Shown here: positions 1 through 8,843 of the stretch, piece after piece
Layout: the number at the start of each line of letters is the position of its first letter
Numbering within the stretch: the first letter of the stretch is position 1
Assembly (NCBI GenBank): GCA_963699485.1
Contig: CAVOUC010000018.1
Span: 11,056 to 75,055 of the forward strand
DNA: 64,000 nt
Reading direction: 5' to 3'
DNA from: an uncultured Alphaproteobacteria bacterium
Lineage (GTDB): Bacteria; Pseudomonadota; Alphaproteobacteria; Rhizobiales; Hyphomicrobiaceae
Position numbers and translations under genes: made by a program
Notes under the pieces: generated by a model
Seen by the model: the letters and a program-made list of their open reading frames with translations, nothing else
Database searches by the model: none
Told to the model about the DNA's origin: nothing

Positions 1-739
1 TCTTGCGAACATTCTCGGCGTCCTGCCAGTTCATTGACTGGTCGAGCATTGTGCTGAAATAGTCGCCGACGGATACTGATATGCTCGAGCCCTCCTTAAC
101 GTATTCCTTCAGTTGGGGCAGCTCGAACTTCTCATGCGTGAAATAATTGATCGCCCATCTCGGGTGCAGGGCGAAGCTGAAGAGGCTTTTGAGCGTTAAG
201 CGTGGAGGCGAAGTGAAGCCGCTCCGCAGATCGCGTTCCCGGTTTCCACCCGTGATCGTGTCGACGGTCAGGGCCAGCACGTCGAATTTCGCGGTAATGC
301 ACCGCTCGATCATGCTGTTGGTCAGCCCTCTGTCCTTGTGGAAATACAATTGGAAGAGTTTCGGCGTGCTGATTGTGGAACCGATCTCCTCGACGCTTAC
401 CGTCGCCAGGGACGATATACCGAACATTGTGCCAAATTTCTCAGCCGCTTTGGCGACGGCCCTTTCACCGTCATGATGGAACAGCCGCAGAAGCGCTATC
501 GATGAGCAGAACAGAGGCATATTCAGTTTCTGGCCCATGACGGTTGTCGACATGTCGATGGTTTCGACACCGGCGAGAACGTTGGGCACCAGATCGCACC
601 GCTCGTAGGCTTCGGTATTTCTCCGATAAGTGACTTCATCGTCTGCCGCGCCGTCGATGTAGTGGAAGATCGGCCCCGGGAGTCGCCGCCTGGCCATCGT
701 CCGAAAATCACCGATGTTGTGGCACCGATCGACACGCAC
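1..739 (-). CDS. lldD: FMN-dependent alpha-hydroxy-acid dehydrogenase (L-lactate dehydrogenase-like), runs off the left edge of the window
   Basis: Manual translation of the minus strand from GTG at 739 (GGAG RBS upstream): VRVDRCHNIGDFRTMARRRLPGPIFHYIDGAADDEVTYRRN...LALTVDTITGGNRERDLRSGF. Not in the ORF track because there is no stop inside the window. Confidence 0.85.
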   Translation of the reverse strand, partial: MRVDRCHNIGDFRTMARRRLPGPIFHYIDGAADDEVTYRRNTEAYERCDLVPNVLAGVETIDMSTTVMGQKLNMPLFCSSIALLRLFHHDGERAVAKAAEKFGTMFGISSLATVSVEEIGSTISTPKLFQLYFHKDRGLTNSMIERCITAKFDVLALTVDTITGGNRERDLRSGFTSPPRLTLKSLFSFALHPRWAINYFTHEKFELPQLKEYVKEGSSISVSVGDYFSTMLDQSMNWQDAENVRK

Positions 740-770
740 TGGCTCCTCCGTCTTTACGGACGATAGCGCC

Positions 771-950
771 ACGCTCGACCAGATCGGCATTCCGAAGTCG
801 ACGTTCTACACTTGGTACGAACGTTACGCGTCCGGCGGTCCCGATGGCCTCGAGGGTCGCAAGCGGCATCCTAAGCGCGTCTGGAACCGCATCGCCGATG
901 AGAAAGTTCTCGAACTGGCCCTCACCGAGCCGGAGCTCGGCCCGCGCGAT
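771..950 (+). mobile_element. IS481-like transposase remnant (N-terminal HTH fragment)
   Basis: TLDQIGIPKSTFYTWYERYASGGPDGLEGRKRHPKRVWNRI...LELALTEPELGPR matches the N-terminus of IS481-family transposases; no DDE core follows. Confidence 0.7.
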
Positions 951-1321
951 CAAGGGGGCAGCGGGCAAGCGTTTGACCTACGGACAAGCTAATTAGCAAA
1001 AGGAAGATTGGGTCGGGAGCTTAATTGAAGCCGCCGCCACCGTACCCCGTCACCAGCGGCCTGGAGTGCCTGCACGGGGGGGAGCGGCAGCTCCAGGCCA
1101 CCGGTAACAGTATGAGAGGGGAGAGCGCAGAGGGACTTGGGCTGCCCCCTCAAAATGTAGCGTCGATCTAAAACGCTGCTCAGCGCTAAATTCGGAAAGT
1201 ACCTACTGTGCAATACTACGCGCCACAGGACTAAATCGTCTTGCGGGCCTTAGGCTTCGCCTTAGAGGGCAGAGCTGGCCTCATCGTCGCGTCACGCAGA
1301 CGGCTGGTCCTGACCCTGGCT

Positions 1322-1455
1322 GAGTCGCATGCGCCGCACGTCGCACGGATCGGGCTCGAGACGGGAGCGACGGCAACTTGGTTATGGACCGAGTTGACAA
1401 AATGGGGCTGCCCGTCATCTGCATCGATGCCCGGCACGCGAAGGCGGCTCTGAAG
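1322..1455 (+). mobile_element. IS110-family transposase remnant, frameshifted
   Basis: SHAPHVARIGLETGATATWLWTEL in one frame continues as KMGLPVICIDARHAKAALK in the next; typical of the IS110 DEDD N-terminal domain. Confidence 0.7.
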
Positions 1456-1551
1456 AACTTCTTGATGAAGGCCCGGCGCACCAGCACCTGCCAGGCTCGC
1501 TTTCGTCATCGTCCAGTTCGCCATCGGCAAACGTCGTTTTTTCAGCAGTTG

Positions 1552-2331
1552 CTAGATTCGGCGCTTGACCAAGAGCTTCTTGATCTCGGCGATCGCCTTG
1601 GCCGGGTTGAGCCCCTTCGGGCAGGTGACGGTGCAATTCATGATCGTGTGGCAGCGATAGAGCCGGAATGGGTCTTCCAGTTGATCGAGCCGCTCGCCAG
1701 TTGCCTCGTCGCGGCTGTCGACGATCCAACGATAGGCTTGCAGCAGCGCAGCCGGGCCCAGAAAGCGGTCGCCATTCCACCAGTAGCTGGGACAGCTGGT
1801 CGTACAGCAGAAGCAGAGGATGCAGTTCTCCAGGCCCTCCAGCTTGACCCGATCCTCCTGGCTCTGGAGACGTTCACGCTCCGGTGTGGGCGTCACCGTC
1901 TTGAGCCAGGGCTCGATCAAGGCGTATTGGGCGTAGGCATGAGTGAGATCAGGCACCAGGTCCTTGATGACCGCCAGGTGCGGCAGCGGATAGATCTTTA
2001 CATCGCCCCTGATGTTGTCGATCGCCTGGGTGCAGGCGAGCGTGTTGGTCCCGTCGATATTCATGGCGCAGGAGCCGCAGATGCCCTCACGGCAGGACCG
2101 CCGAAACGTCAGCGTCGAGTCGATCTCGTTCTTGATCTTGAACAGGGCGTCCAGCACCATCGGCCCACACGCGTCGAGATCAACCACATAGGTGTCGATG
2201 CGGGGGTTCTGCCCATCGTCCGGGTTCCAGCGGTAAACCTTGAAGGTCTTGGTACGCGTCGCACCGTCGGACTTCGGCCAGCTCTTGCCGGTCCAGATCC
2301 TGGAATTGGCGGGGAGGCGGAGCTGAACCAT
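1552..2331 (-). CDS. sdhB: Succinate dehydrogenase iron-sulfur subunit (orphan copy, no sdhCDA nearby)
   Basis: [27 protein letters not shown] and [15 protein letters not shown] Fe-S motifs. Confidence 0.95.
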   Translation of the reverse strand: MVQLRLPANSRIWTGKSWPKSDGATRTKTFKVYRWNPDDGQNPRIDTYVVDLDACGPMVLDALFKIKNEIDSTLTFRRSCREGICGSCAMNIDGTNTLACTQAIDNIRGDVKIYPLPHLAVIKDLVPDLTHAYAQYALIEPWLKTVTPTPERERLQSQEDRVKLEGLENCILCFCCTTSCPSYWWNGDRFLGPAALLQAYRWIVDSRDEATGERLDQLEDPFRLYRCHTIMNCTVTCPKGLNPAKAIAEIKKLLVKRRI

Positions 2332-2357
2332 CTATCGACCGACGTAGGACATCCCGA

Positions 2358-3676
2358 TTAAGCGGCCCTCCGGCCCGACAGTGGGCGAGCGCTGTCGTCG
2401 GCGCGACGACCGTGCCCGTCATGCTTGGGGTTCGGATGCATGCCGGTGATCAGCCGCGCGCCGCGCTCCAAAGTGACGTAGGACCAGAGCCATTGTGTTG
2501 CAACGATCAGCCGATTGCGGAGGCTGATCAGGAAGTAAATATGTGCGATCCCCCAGATCCACCAGGCAAGCCACCCCGTTAGCCGCAGGCCTCTAAACGC
2601 GATGATCGCCTCCCGCCGACCGATCGTGGCGAGCTTGCCCCGCTCCCGATACAGGAAGGGCGGCGGTTCGGCTTTGCCGGCCAGGCGCGCCTTGGTCGCC
2701 TCGGCCACGTAGGCGCCCTGTTGCTTCGCGACCGGAGCCAGTCCAGGGAGCGGTTCACCATTCGCGTCAAGCGCGAGGGCGGTATCTCCTATCACGAAGA
2801 CGTCGTCGGATCCTGGCGCCGCCAGTCGTGCGCCGACCCTCACCCGTCCCGCGCGGTCCGCCTCGACCCCCAGCCACGCGGCCGCCGGCGACCCGGCGAC
2901 CCCGGCCGCCCAGATCACCGTGCGCGCGCGGAGGCGCTCCTCACCCAGCATGACGCCGGCCGCGTCGCAGCCTGTGATCGCACGCCCAAGCCACACCTCG
3001 ACGCCCAAGCTCCGCAGTGCACGCCCGGCATAGCGCGACAGGTCTTCGGGGAAGGTCGGAAGCAGCCTTGGCCCGGCCTCGATGAGCAGCACGCGCGTGT
3101 GCTTGGGATCGATGGTCCGGAAGTCTGCCGCGAGCGCCTTGCGGGCCAGCTCCGCAATCGCGCCGGCCATCTCCACGCCGGTCGGCCCGCCGCCGACGAT
3201 CACAATGGTGAGGAGCCGCTGGCGCTCTTCGGGATCGTCCTCCATCTCGGCCCGCTCGAAGGCGATGAGCAGGCGGCGCCGAATCTCTGTGGCATCGTCG
3301 ATGGACTTGAGGCCGGGTGCATGCACGACCCAGTCGTCGTTGCCGAAATAGGCATGGGTCGCGCCGGTCGCGAGCACCAGAAGGTCATAAGGAATTTCCC
3401 GGCCGCCCATAGTCACAACATGCCGCTCGCGATCGACGCCGGTGACCTCGCCGAGCAGCACCCGTGTGTTGCGTTGCCGCCGGACCAGACCCCGGATCGG
3501 CCAAGCGATCTCCGCCGGGGATAGACCGGCGGTGGCGACTTGGTAGAGCATCGGCTGAAAGAGTGGTGGTTCTCGCGGTCGATCAGGGTGACCGCGACAG
3601 CTGCCTTGGCGAGACTTTTCGCGGCGGTCAGGCCGCCGAACCCGGCGCCAGCAATGACCACGCGCGGAAGGCCCAT
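2358..3676 (-). pseudogene. ndh: Type II NADH dehydrogenase (NDH-2) with a 1-bp deletion near 3563
   Basis: N-terminus [16 protein letters not shown]...DRENHH (ORF 3413..3676) joins [15 protein letters not shown]...IVGGGPTGVEMAG (ORF 2358..3761) if one C is restored in CACCAC[C]TCTTT. Confidence 0.85.
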
Positions 3677-3682
3677 GGGTGC

Positions 3683-4105
3683 TTACCCGCTCTTGCCAGT
3701 GGTTGCCGTTGCCGCCCAGAACGCGACCGCGGCGTTGAACTCCCGCGCATGGAAGGCCCACGCCTCGGGTCCCGCCTCATCGCCGGAATAGCGTCCGAGC
3801 CGCCGGGCGCGATCAAAGAACCCTGGGGCCGGCAGGCCGCCCCGCACCTTGCTGATGGCGATGGCCGCGATGAACGGACGGCCGGTCGCCGCGTCCTCCG
3901 CCATGAGATGCTCCAACGCCTCCGTCACCTGATGAATGGTGTTTGGGGGTGTCAGCCCCAGACCCTTTGCAATCTCTTGATAGGCGGTCGGAACCCGCCG
4001 CTCGGCGATCTTTTGCAGGTGCTTCCGAAGCCGTGAAGTGATCGTCTGAAGGCGGTACCCATCGGTGTTCGTCGTTACGGCGAGGTCCTCTGTTACGAAT
4101 GTCAT
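3683..4105 (-). CDS. Conserved hypothetical protein, possibly winged-helix-like
   Basis: 140-aa ORF, AGGAAGG RBS, tightly packed between sufE and ndh. Confidence 0.65.
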   Translation of the reverse strand: MTFVTEDLAVTTNTDGYRLQTITSRLRKHLQKIAERRVPTAYQEIAKGLGLTPPNTIHQVTEALEHLMAEDAATGRPFIAAIAISKVRGGLPAPGFFDRARRLGRYSGDEAGPEAWAFHAREFNAAVAFWAATATTGKSG

Positions 4106-4163
4106 GATGCCTTCCTCACAAGATTGAAGAGACACATTGGATCGTTGTTTGCTGGTGCGCGGA

Positions 4164-4745
4164 TCAGGCCACCCTCGCCTCTGCGCTCATGGTGCGGCGG
4201 GCGTCGGCCCGAATCCGCGCTACCATCGCAGCAAACCCATTCGAACGCTGCGGCGTTAGATGTTCGCTGAGGCCGAGGCGGTGAAAAATAGCGCGCGCCT
4301 CAGTCGCGAGAATCTCGTCTGCCGTCCTGTACGAGTAGGTGGCGAACAGGATGGCCATGAGACCGCGCACAATGAGGGCATCGCTGTCGCCTTGGAAACG
4401 GAGGGCCGGGGCAGCATGATCGTGGTTGTCGTGTACCTCGCTTGCTAGCCAGACTTGGCTCGCACAGCCCCTGACCTTGTTTGCCTCTGTCCGAGCTGCA
4501 TCAGGAAATGGCGGCAAGCTTCTCCCTAGCTCGATCACATATCGGTAGCGATCCTCCCAATCCTCGAGCAGTTCGAAATCCGAAAGGATGTTCTCGAGCG
4601 TCTTTGCAAGCATCCTGTCATCGATCCGGCCCTTGGTCACAGCGGAGCGATCGGCGAACTCGTGCGCTCGATCGCCACTGGCAGCGCGACCCGGAATGAA
4701 CTTCAGGGTTGCCGGGGCCGGCGTCTCTTCGGAATAGATGAACAT
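4164..4745 (-). CDS. sufE: SufE-family Fe-S sulfur acceptor, preceded in frame by a shortened NfuA N-terminal segment
   Basis: DFELLEDWEDRYRYVIELG and NKVRGCASQVWL (SufE; internal ATG at 4613); upstream MFIYSEETPAPATLKFIPGR resembles the NfuA start MFIQTExTPNPxTLKFLPG. Confidence 0.85.
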   Translation of the reverse strand: MFIYSEETPAPATLKFIPGRAASGDRAHEFADRSAVTKGRIDDRMLAKTLENILSDFELLEDWEDRYRYVIELGRSLPPFPDAARTEANKVRGCASQVWLASEVHDNHDHAAPALRFQGDSDALIVRGLMAILFATYSYRTADEILATEARAIFHRLGLSEHLTPQRSNGFAAMVARIRADARRTMSAEARVA

Positions 4746-4945
4746 AGGATATCGCCTCGCGTGCCGCCAAATCCCCCTTTGGCAAGAGCGGATGTGTGGC
4801 TACTGGTTCGGCCGTGGAGACCAATTTTTACGCTGGGTTTGATTACAAGCCAGCTTCCTGAAGAGCTACCGTCAAGGACACCAGGGAGACAGAACAGGCG
4901 CGCCCGGTGGCATGCCTGTTCCCATTTCAAAACTTTGAGGCGCGC

Positions 4946-5422
4946 TTAGCTCGCGGCGACCGACGCATCGATGGTCTTGTTCTGGATGCCCTTCGCGACC
5001 GTCGCCCCGATCTCAATCTTACGGGGCTTCAGCCGCTCGGGTACCTCGCGCTCGAGATCCACAGACAGGAGCCCGTCCTTCACATCAGCACCCCTCACTT
5101 CGAGATGGTCGGCAAGCTGGAAGCGGCGCTCGAACGCGCGAGCTGCGATGCCGCGATGGAGGAACGTGCGCTCCTTCTCCGCTTCTTTCTTCTCGCCTCG
5201 GATCGAGATTGTGCCCTCGCTCACCTCGATCTCGACGTCGTCCTTGCCGAACCCGGCGACCGCCATGGTGATGCGGTACTCGTTCTCGGTCAGACGCTCG
5301 ATGTCGTAGGGCGGAAAAGTGGGGGCCTCATTATCGAAGCCGGCAATCTGGTCAAAAATCGACTCGAGGCTGTCGAAACCGACGGTCGAACGATAGAGCG
5401 GGGATAGATCAAATCTCTCCAT
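4946..5422 (-). CDS. ibpA: Small heat-shock protein (Hsp20/IbpA family)
   Basis: MERFDLSPLYRSTVGFD, PPYDIERLTENEYRITMAVAGF, FLHRGIAARAFERRFQLAD; GGAGG RBS before ATG 5422. Confidence 0.95.
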   Translation of the reverse strand: MERFDLSPLYRSTVGFDSLESIFDQIAGFDNEAPTFPPYDIERLTENEYRITMAVAGFGKDDVEIEVSEGTISIRGEKKEAEKERTFLHRGIAARAFERRFQLADHLEVRGADVKDGLLSVDLEREVPERLKPRKIEIGATVAKGIQNKTIDASVAAS

Positions 5423-5510
5423 AACATCCTCCTGGAAGCGATGTGGGGGTTGCGCCTGCCTATTGGAGGCCAGGCAACGGAGTTCGCGCGGCCTAGATAG
5501 ACCTGCTCTA
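5420..5510 (-). promoter_or_regulatory. ROSE-type RNA thermometer in the ibpA 5' UTR
   Basis: Minus strand ACAUC-G-CUUC-CAG-GAGGAUGU: the UCGCU motif pairs with the SD leaving a bulged G; an upstream hairpin GCCUGGCCU-CCAAU-AGGCAGGC is also present. Confidence 0.75.
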
Positions 5511-5516
5511 AATAAA

Positions 5517-5546
5517 GATATGGGGTGTGTTCGCTTTTTGTTCAAG
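5517..5546 (-). promoter_or_regulatory. RpoH (sigma32) promoter of ibpA
   Basis: Minus strand CTTGAA-N15-CCCCATAT matches the sigma32 consensus. Confidence 0.8.
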
Positions 5547-5775
5547 GGGCGGGGATCGGGCTGCGCGACCTCGGCCTGAATGATGGAGAGGCCTACCCCG
5601 TGGCCCGCACTAACTGAACGTGGGATTGCCTTCGAGTGTGGATCTACATTACCGACAACGCACGCTAAACGAGCTTACAATCAGAACGGAACGCACGTGG
5701 GCTCTCTAGCAAGATCGTGTTCTTGCGGTTGGGGAGGTGGCCCTTGTCATCAGGAGGGTGCCAGGAGCAACTGCT

Positions 5776-6813
5776 ATGCGCGACGTCGATCCACTGGATC
5801 TTGTGGAAACACTCCGCGAAGGCCTGCTCGTGCTCCAGCCCGACCTCACCGTCCGGTTCGCTAACCGTTCATTCTGTAGCACGTTCGCGGTCGCGCGCGA
5901 GGATACGGTTGGCAGGAAGCTCTATGAGATCGGCAACGGACAGTGGGACATTCCCAAGCTGCGCAGCTTGCTCGAAACTGTCATTTCCGGCCCCACGACC
6001 ATCGAGGCGTTCGAGGTCGACCACGTGTTCCCGTCTATTGGGCGACGGGTGATGGTGCTCAATGCGCGCAGGGTTCATCGGCCTGGCAACCACGTAAAGC
6101 AGGTCCTGCTGGCAATCGAAGACGTCACTGATCGCGTGAGACTCGAGCGCGAGCACATGGCCGCGCACGAGCGTATCGCGGTGCTGCTGCAAGAGCTCGG
6201 GCACCGGATCAAGAATAGCCTGCAGATCATCGCATCTATTGTCAGTCTCGAAGCACGGAACCATAAGAGCGGCGAGGGAAAGGCAGCGCTCGAGAGGGTG
6301 TCACATCGCATCGCAGCCGTCGGGCGTCTCTATTCCGTGCTAGGCAAGACCGATACGGGTGAGGCAGTCGACGCGACGATCTATCTTGAGGAGCTGTGTC
6401 GCGACCTGATCGGGTCAGTGCAAAAAGAGGTTGGCCCTACCATCGCGCTCAAAACCGACATTGACAGCGAGCCCCTGCCGGCCGATCGCGCGATTCCGCT
6501 AGGGCTCATTGTGAACGAGCTCGTAATGAATGCCGTCAAATATGCGTTCCCGAGTGAAACAAGCGGCACAGTCATGGTGACGCTAAAGCGTGGGCCTGGA
6601 GAGCTTCACCTTACGGTCGCTGACGACGGCAAGGGGGTCGATCCTCGACGCGCCAATTCCGGGGTCGGCGGCAGGTTGGTCGAGGCCTTCTCCCAACAGC
6701 TCGGTGGCCAGCTCGAGCGGAAGAGCGGCAACCAGGGTACCGTCGTGCGCCTGACGCTACCATCGCCTGAAGCCTCGTGGCGAAAGCGGGATAGAGGGAG
6801 GGGCGAACCGTGA
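5776..6813 (+). CDS. PAS-domain sensor histidine kinase, HisKA_2 type
   Basis: PAS region (GNGQWDIPKLRSLLE), H-box ELGHRIKNSLQ, N-box NELVMNAVKYAF, G-boxes DDGKG and GVGGRLV; AGGAG RBS before ATG 5776. Confidence 0.9.
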   Translation: MRDVDPLDLVETLREGLLVLQPDLTVRFANRSFCSTFAVAREDTVGRKLYEIGNGQWDIPKLRSLLETVISGPTTIEAFEVDHVFPSIGRRVMVLNARRVHRPGNHVKQVLLAIEDVTDRVRLEREHMAAHERIAVLLQELGHRIKNSLQIIASIVSLEARNHKSGEGKAALERVSHRIAAVGRLYSVLGKTDTGEAVDATIYLEELCRDLIGSVQKEVGPTIALKTDIDSEPLPADRAIPLGLIVNELVMNAVKYAFPSETSGTVMVTLKRGPGELHLTVADDGKGVDPRRANSGVGGRLVEAFSQQLGGQLERKSGNQGTVVRLTLPSPEASWRKRDRGRGEP

Positions 6814-7403
6814 CGGCCCTGACGGAAAAGTTTAACAGAGCGCTGCTCTACGCGACGGAAGTCCACCGGAGTCAGGTTCGCAAGGGAGCCGCCGTGCCCT
6901 ACATTGCACATGTGATGGCAGTGGCGGCAACTGTGCTGGAGTACGGTGGCGACGAAGATCAGGCGGTCGCTGCACTGTTGCACGACGCGGTAGAGGACCA
7001 GGGCGGGAGAGAACGACTGAATGACATTAGAAAGCGCTTTGGGGAGCGGGTTGCGTCTCTAGTAGAAGGCTGCTCGGACAGTTTTGTTGAGACTGGAGAG
7101 AAGAAGGAGGAAGGGGGGACACGAAAACAGACTTATCTAGACCGCCTAGCCCGGCACGATGATGAGGTCTTGATAATTTCCCTGAGTGACAAGGTGCACA
7201 ACGCGAGATCAATATTGAGAGACTTGAAGAATCCAATGATCCGCGTGAAGGTCTGGGATCGGTTTAAGTATGGTAAGGAGGGCTCGCTCCAGAACTACAG
7301 GGCATTGGCGAACTTGTTCACCGAACGGTTTTCGGAGCCGGACTCGAGAAGACAGTTGGCAGAGGAATTCAATGATCTGGTCGAGGAGCTTTCGAGCTCT
7401 TAG
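6810..7403 (+). CDS. HD-domain protein of RelA/SpoT hydrolase (small alarmone hydrolase/Mesh1-like) type
   Basis: H-x-x-Q-x-RKG, PYIAH, LLHDAVED and SDKVHN motifs; GTGA overlap with the kinase stop. Confidence 0.8.
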   Translation: MTALTEKFNRALLYATEVHRSQVRKGAAVPYIAHVMAVAATVLEYGGDEDQAVAALLHDAVEDQGGRERLNDIRKRFGERVASLVEGCSDSFVETGEKKEEGGTRKQTYLDRLARHDDEVLIISLSDKVHNARSILRDLKNPMIRVKVWDRFKYGKEGSLQNYRALANLFTERFSEPDSRRQLAEEFNDLVEELSSS

Positions 7404-7492
7404 TAGTAGCGAACGATTCACTGGTCCTCAGCTACGCACCCCTCCACCGATCCTTGCTGCCCGTCAGATTACTCTCACCGAGACAATCCGTC

Positions 7493-7614
7493 AGCGACGG
7501 CAGCCTTGTCCTTGCCATCGTCAGGCACGTCGCCCCCGTAGCGATACGGGCGATCTTGACGGCGGCGCCAATCACGTCAGCGGGGCGCTTCTCTCCGCGC
7601 GGGCCTCTAGTCAT
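7493..7614 (-). pseudogene. Remnant of a small mobile-element-associated protein (GPRGEKRPADVIG family)
   Basis: MTRGPRGEKRPADVIGAAVKIARIATG, then after a frameshift in a G5 run, DVPDDGKDKAAVA; truncated afterwards. Confidence 0.55.
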
Positions 7615-7843
7615 TGCCACGACTTTGTTGTTGCTTCTCCCGTTCGGCCTCTGCCTTCGTATGAGCCAGCGTCATTTCAATCATTGCCGTTCTCGCCTCG
7701 GCCTCTGTGGGATACGAATCCACTTCCATTCCACTAGCGCCTTCGAAGACGACGACAAGCCAAGGCCAAGGTGCACTGGAAACCGGCGGCGGTTCGTAAA
7801 CCGCAATCCGCCAGCGAGGGACGATAATTTCAACCTCTGCCAT
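7607..7843 (-). CDS. Small hypothetical protein (78 aa)
   Basis: Internal ATG of ORF 7607..8056; protein-like composition; no recognised family. Confidence 0.4.
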   Translation of the reverse strand: MAEVEIIVPRWRIAVYEPPPVSSAPWPWLVVVFEGASGMEVDSYPTEAEARTAMIEMTLAHTKAEAEREKQQQSRGND

Positions 7844-7997
7844 CAAACACACCTTTGCGAGGCTTTGCGCTAAGCATAGCACGATTTCGGCCCCCAGCAC
7901 GCCAGCGAGGAACGTCGACTGTCCGTAGAGTCGGACTCTAATCAGAGCCGTTCCAGCGGTTGTCGGCCGTTGAAGTGGCCCGTGCATCTCTGACAGG

Positions 7998-8432
7998 TCA
8001 TCGGTCACCCTGGATATAGTGTCCGAGCTGATCGATTGTGAACTCCCGATCGCCAATAATGCTTTTTACCAGGTCGCCGATCGAAACTATTCCGACAACA
8101 TTCTTGTGTTCGAGTACGGGCAGATGGCGCACGGCCTTCGCCGTCATTACAGCCAGGGACTCCTCGACCGTCTGATCAAGCGATGCGCAGATAACGCTCG
8201 TCGACATAATTTCCCGCACGGAGGTCGCCGGTGATGTCCGTCCTTTCAGGGCGACCTTTCGCGCGTAATCTCGTTCGGAAATGATGCCGACGAGATTGCC
8301 CGCGTCCAGAACGACCAATGCTCCTATGTCGTGGTCCGCCATGATCCTGAGTGCGTCGAGCACCGAGGCATCCGGACGAATGTGGTGAACATCGTGGCCC
8401 TTCTTGGTGAGCACATCCCGTACAGTGGGCAT
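7998..8432 (-). CDS. Tandem CBS-domain protein
   Basis: IGALVVLD..LVGIISERDYARKV and VRHLPV..VVGIVSIGDLVK. Confidence 0.9.
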   Translation of the reverse strand: MPTVRDVLTKKGHDVHHIRPDASVLDALRIMADHDIGALVVLDAGNLVGIISERDYARKVALKGRTSPATSVREIMSTSVICASLDQTVEESLAVMTAKAVRHLPVLEHKNVVGIVSIGDLVKSIIGDREFTIDQLGHYIQGDR

Positions 8433-8570
8433 CTGACATCATCCTTCAATATCCTTCAATGTCATCCTGACCGAACAGTGCGCGCGCCGAAGTCCCTGCG
8501 TTTCACCGCAGCGCCACCGGCTCAGAGCCCCCAGTACGTGATGCCCGCAATACCGTCGCAGACCGACGTC

Positions 8571-8843
8571 CTAACCCTTGGCACCAAATGCCTTGGTTTC
8601 TTGGGCTTCTGAGTACTCGGGGCTTTCGTAAAGAGTGCGGATCTCCGCCGCGTCGAAGCGTGACTCGCTCACTTCCATGACCGTACCAGCAAGCGCTTCG
8701 GCAGCTAGGACCTCCATCGCAAACCGAATAGCTTCTGCCCCATTGGAAAACCGGTGATACGTCATGGGCCGTCGGCTCGCTCCTCGCCCCGTGCCGGAGA
8801 AAACCTCCGCTGGCGCATTAAAATCAAACTGGTTCATCATCAT
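8571..8843 (-). CDS. Conserved rhizobial hypothetical protein (FDFNAPAE...RFxxxAEAIRFAxE)
   Basis: Resembles a recurrent small Hyphomicrobiales family; the exact start among three ATGs is uncertain. Confidence 0.6.
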   Translation of the reverse strand: MMMNQFDFNAPAEVFSGTGRGASRRPMTYHRFSNGAEAIRFAMEVLAAEALAGTVMEVSESRFDAAEIRTLYESPEYSEAQETKAFGAKG

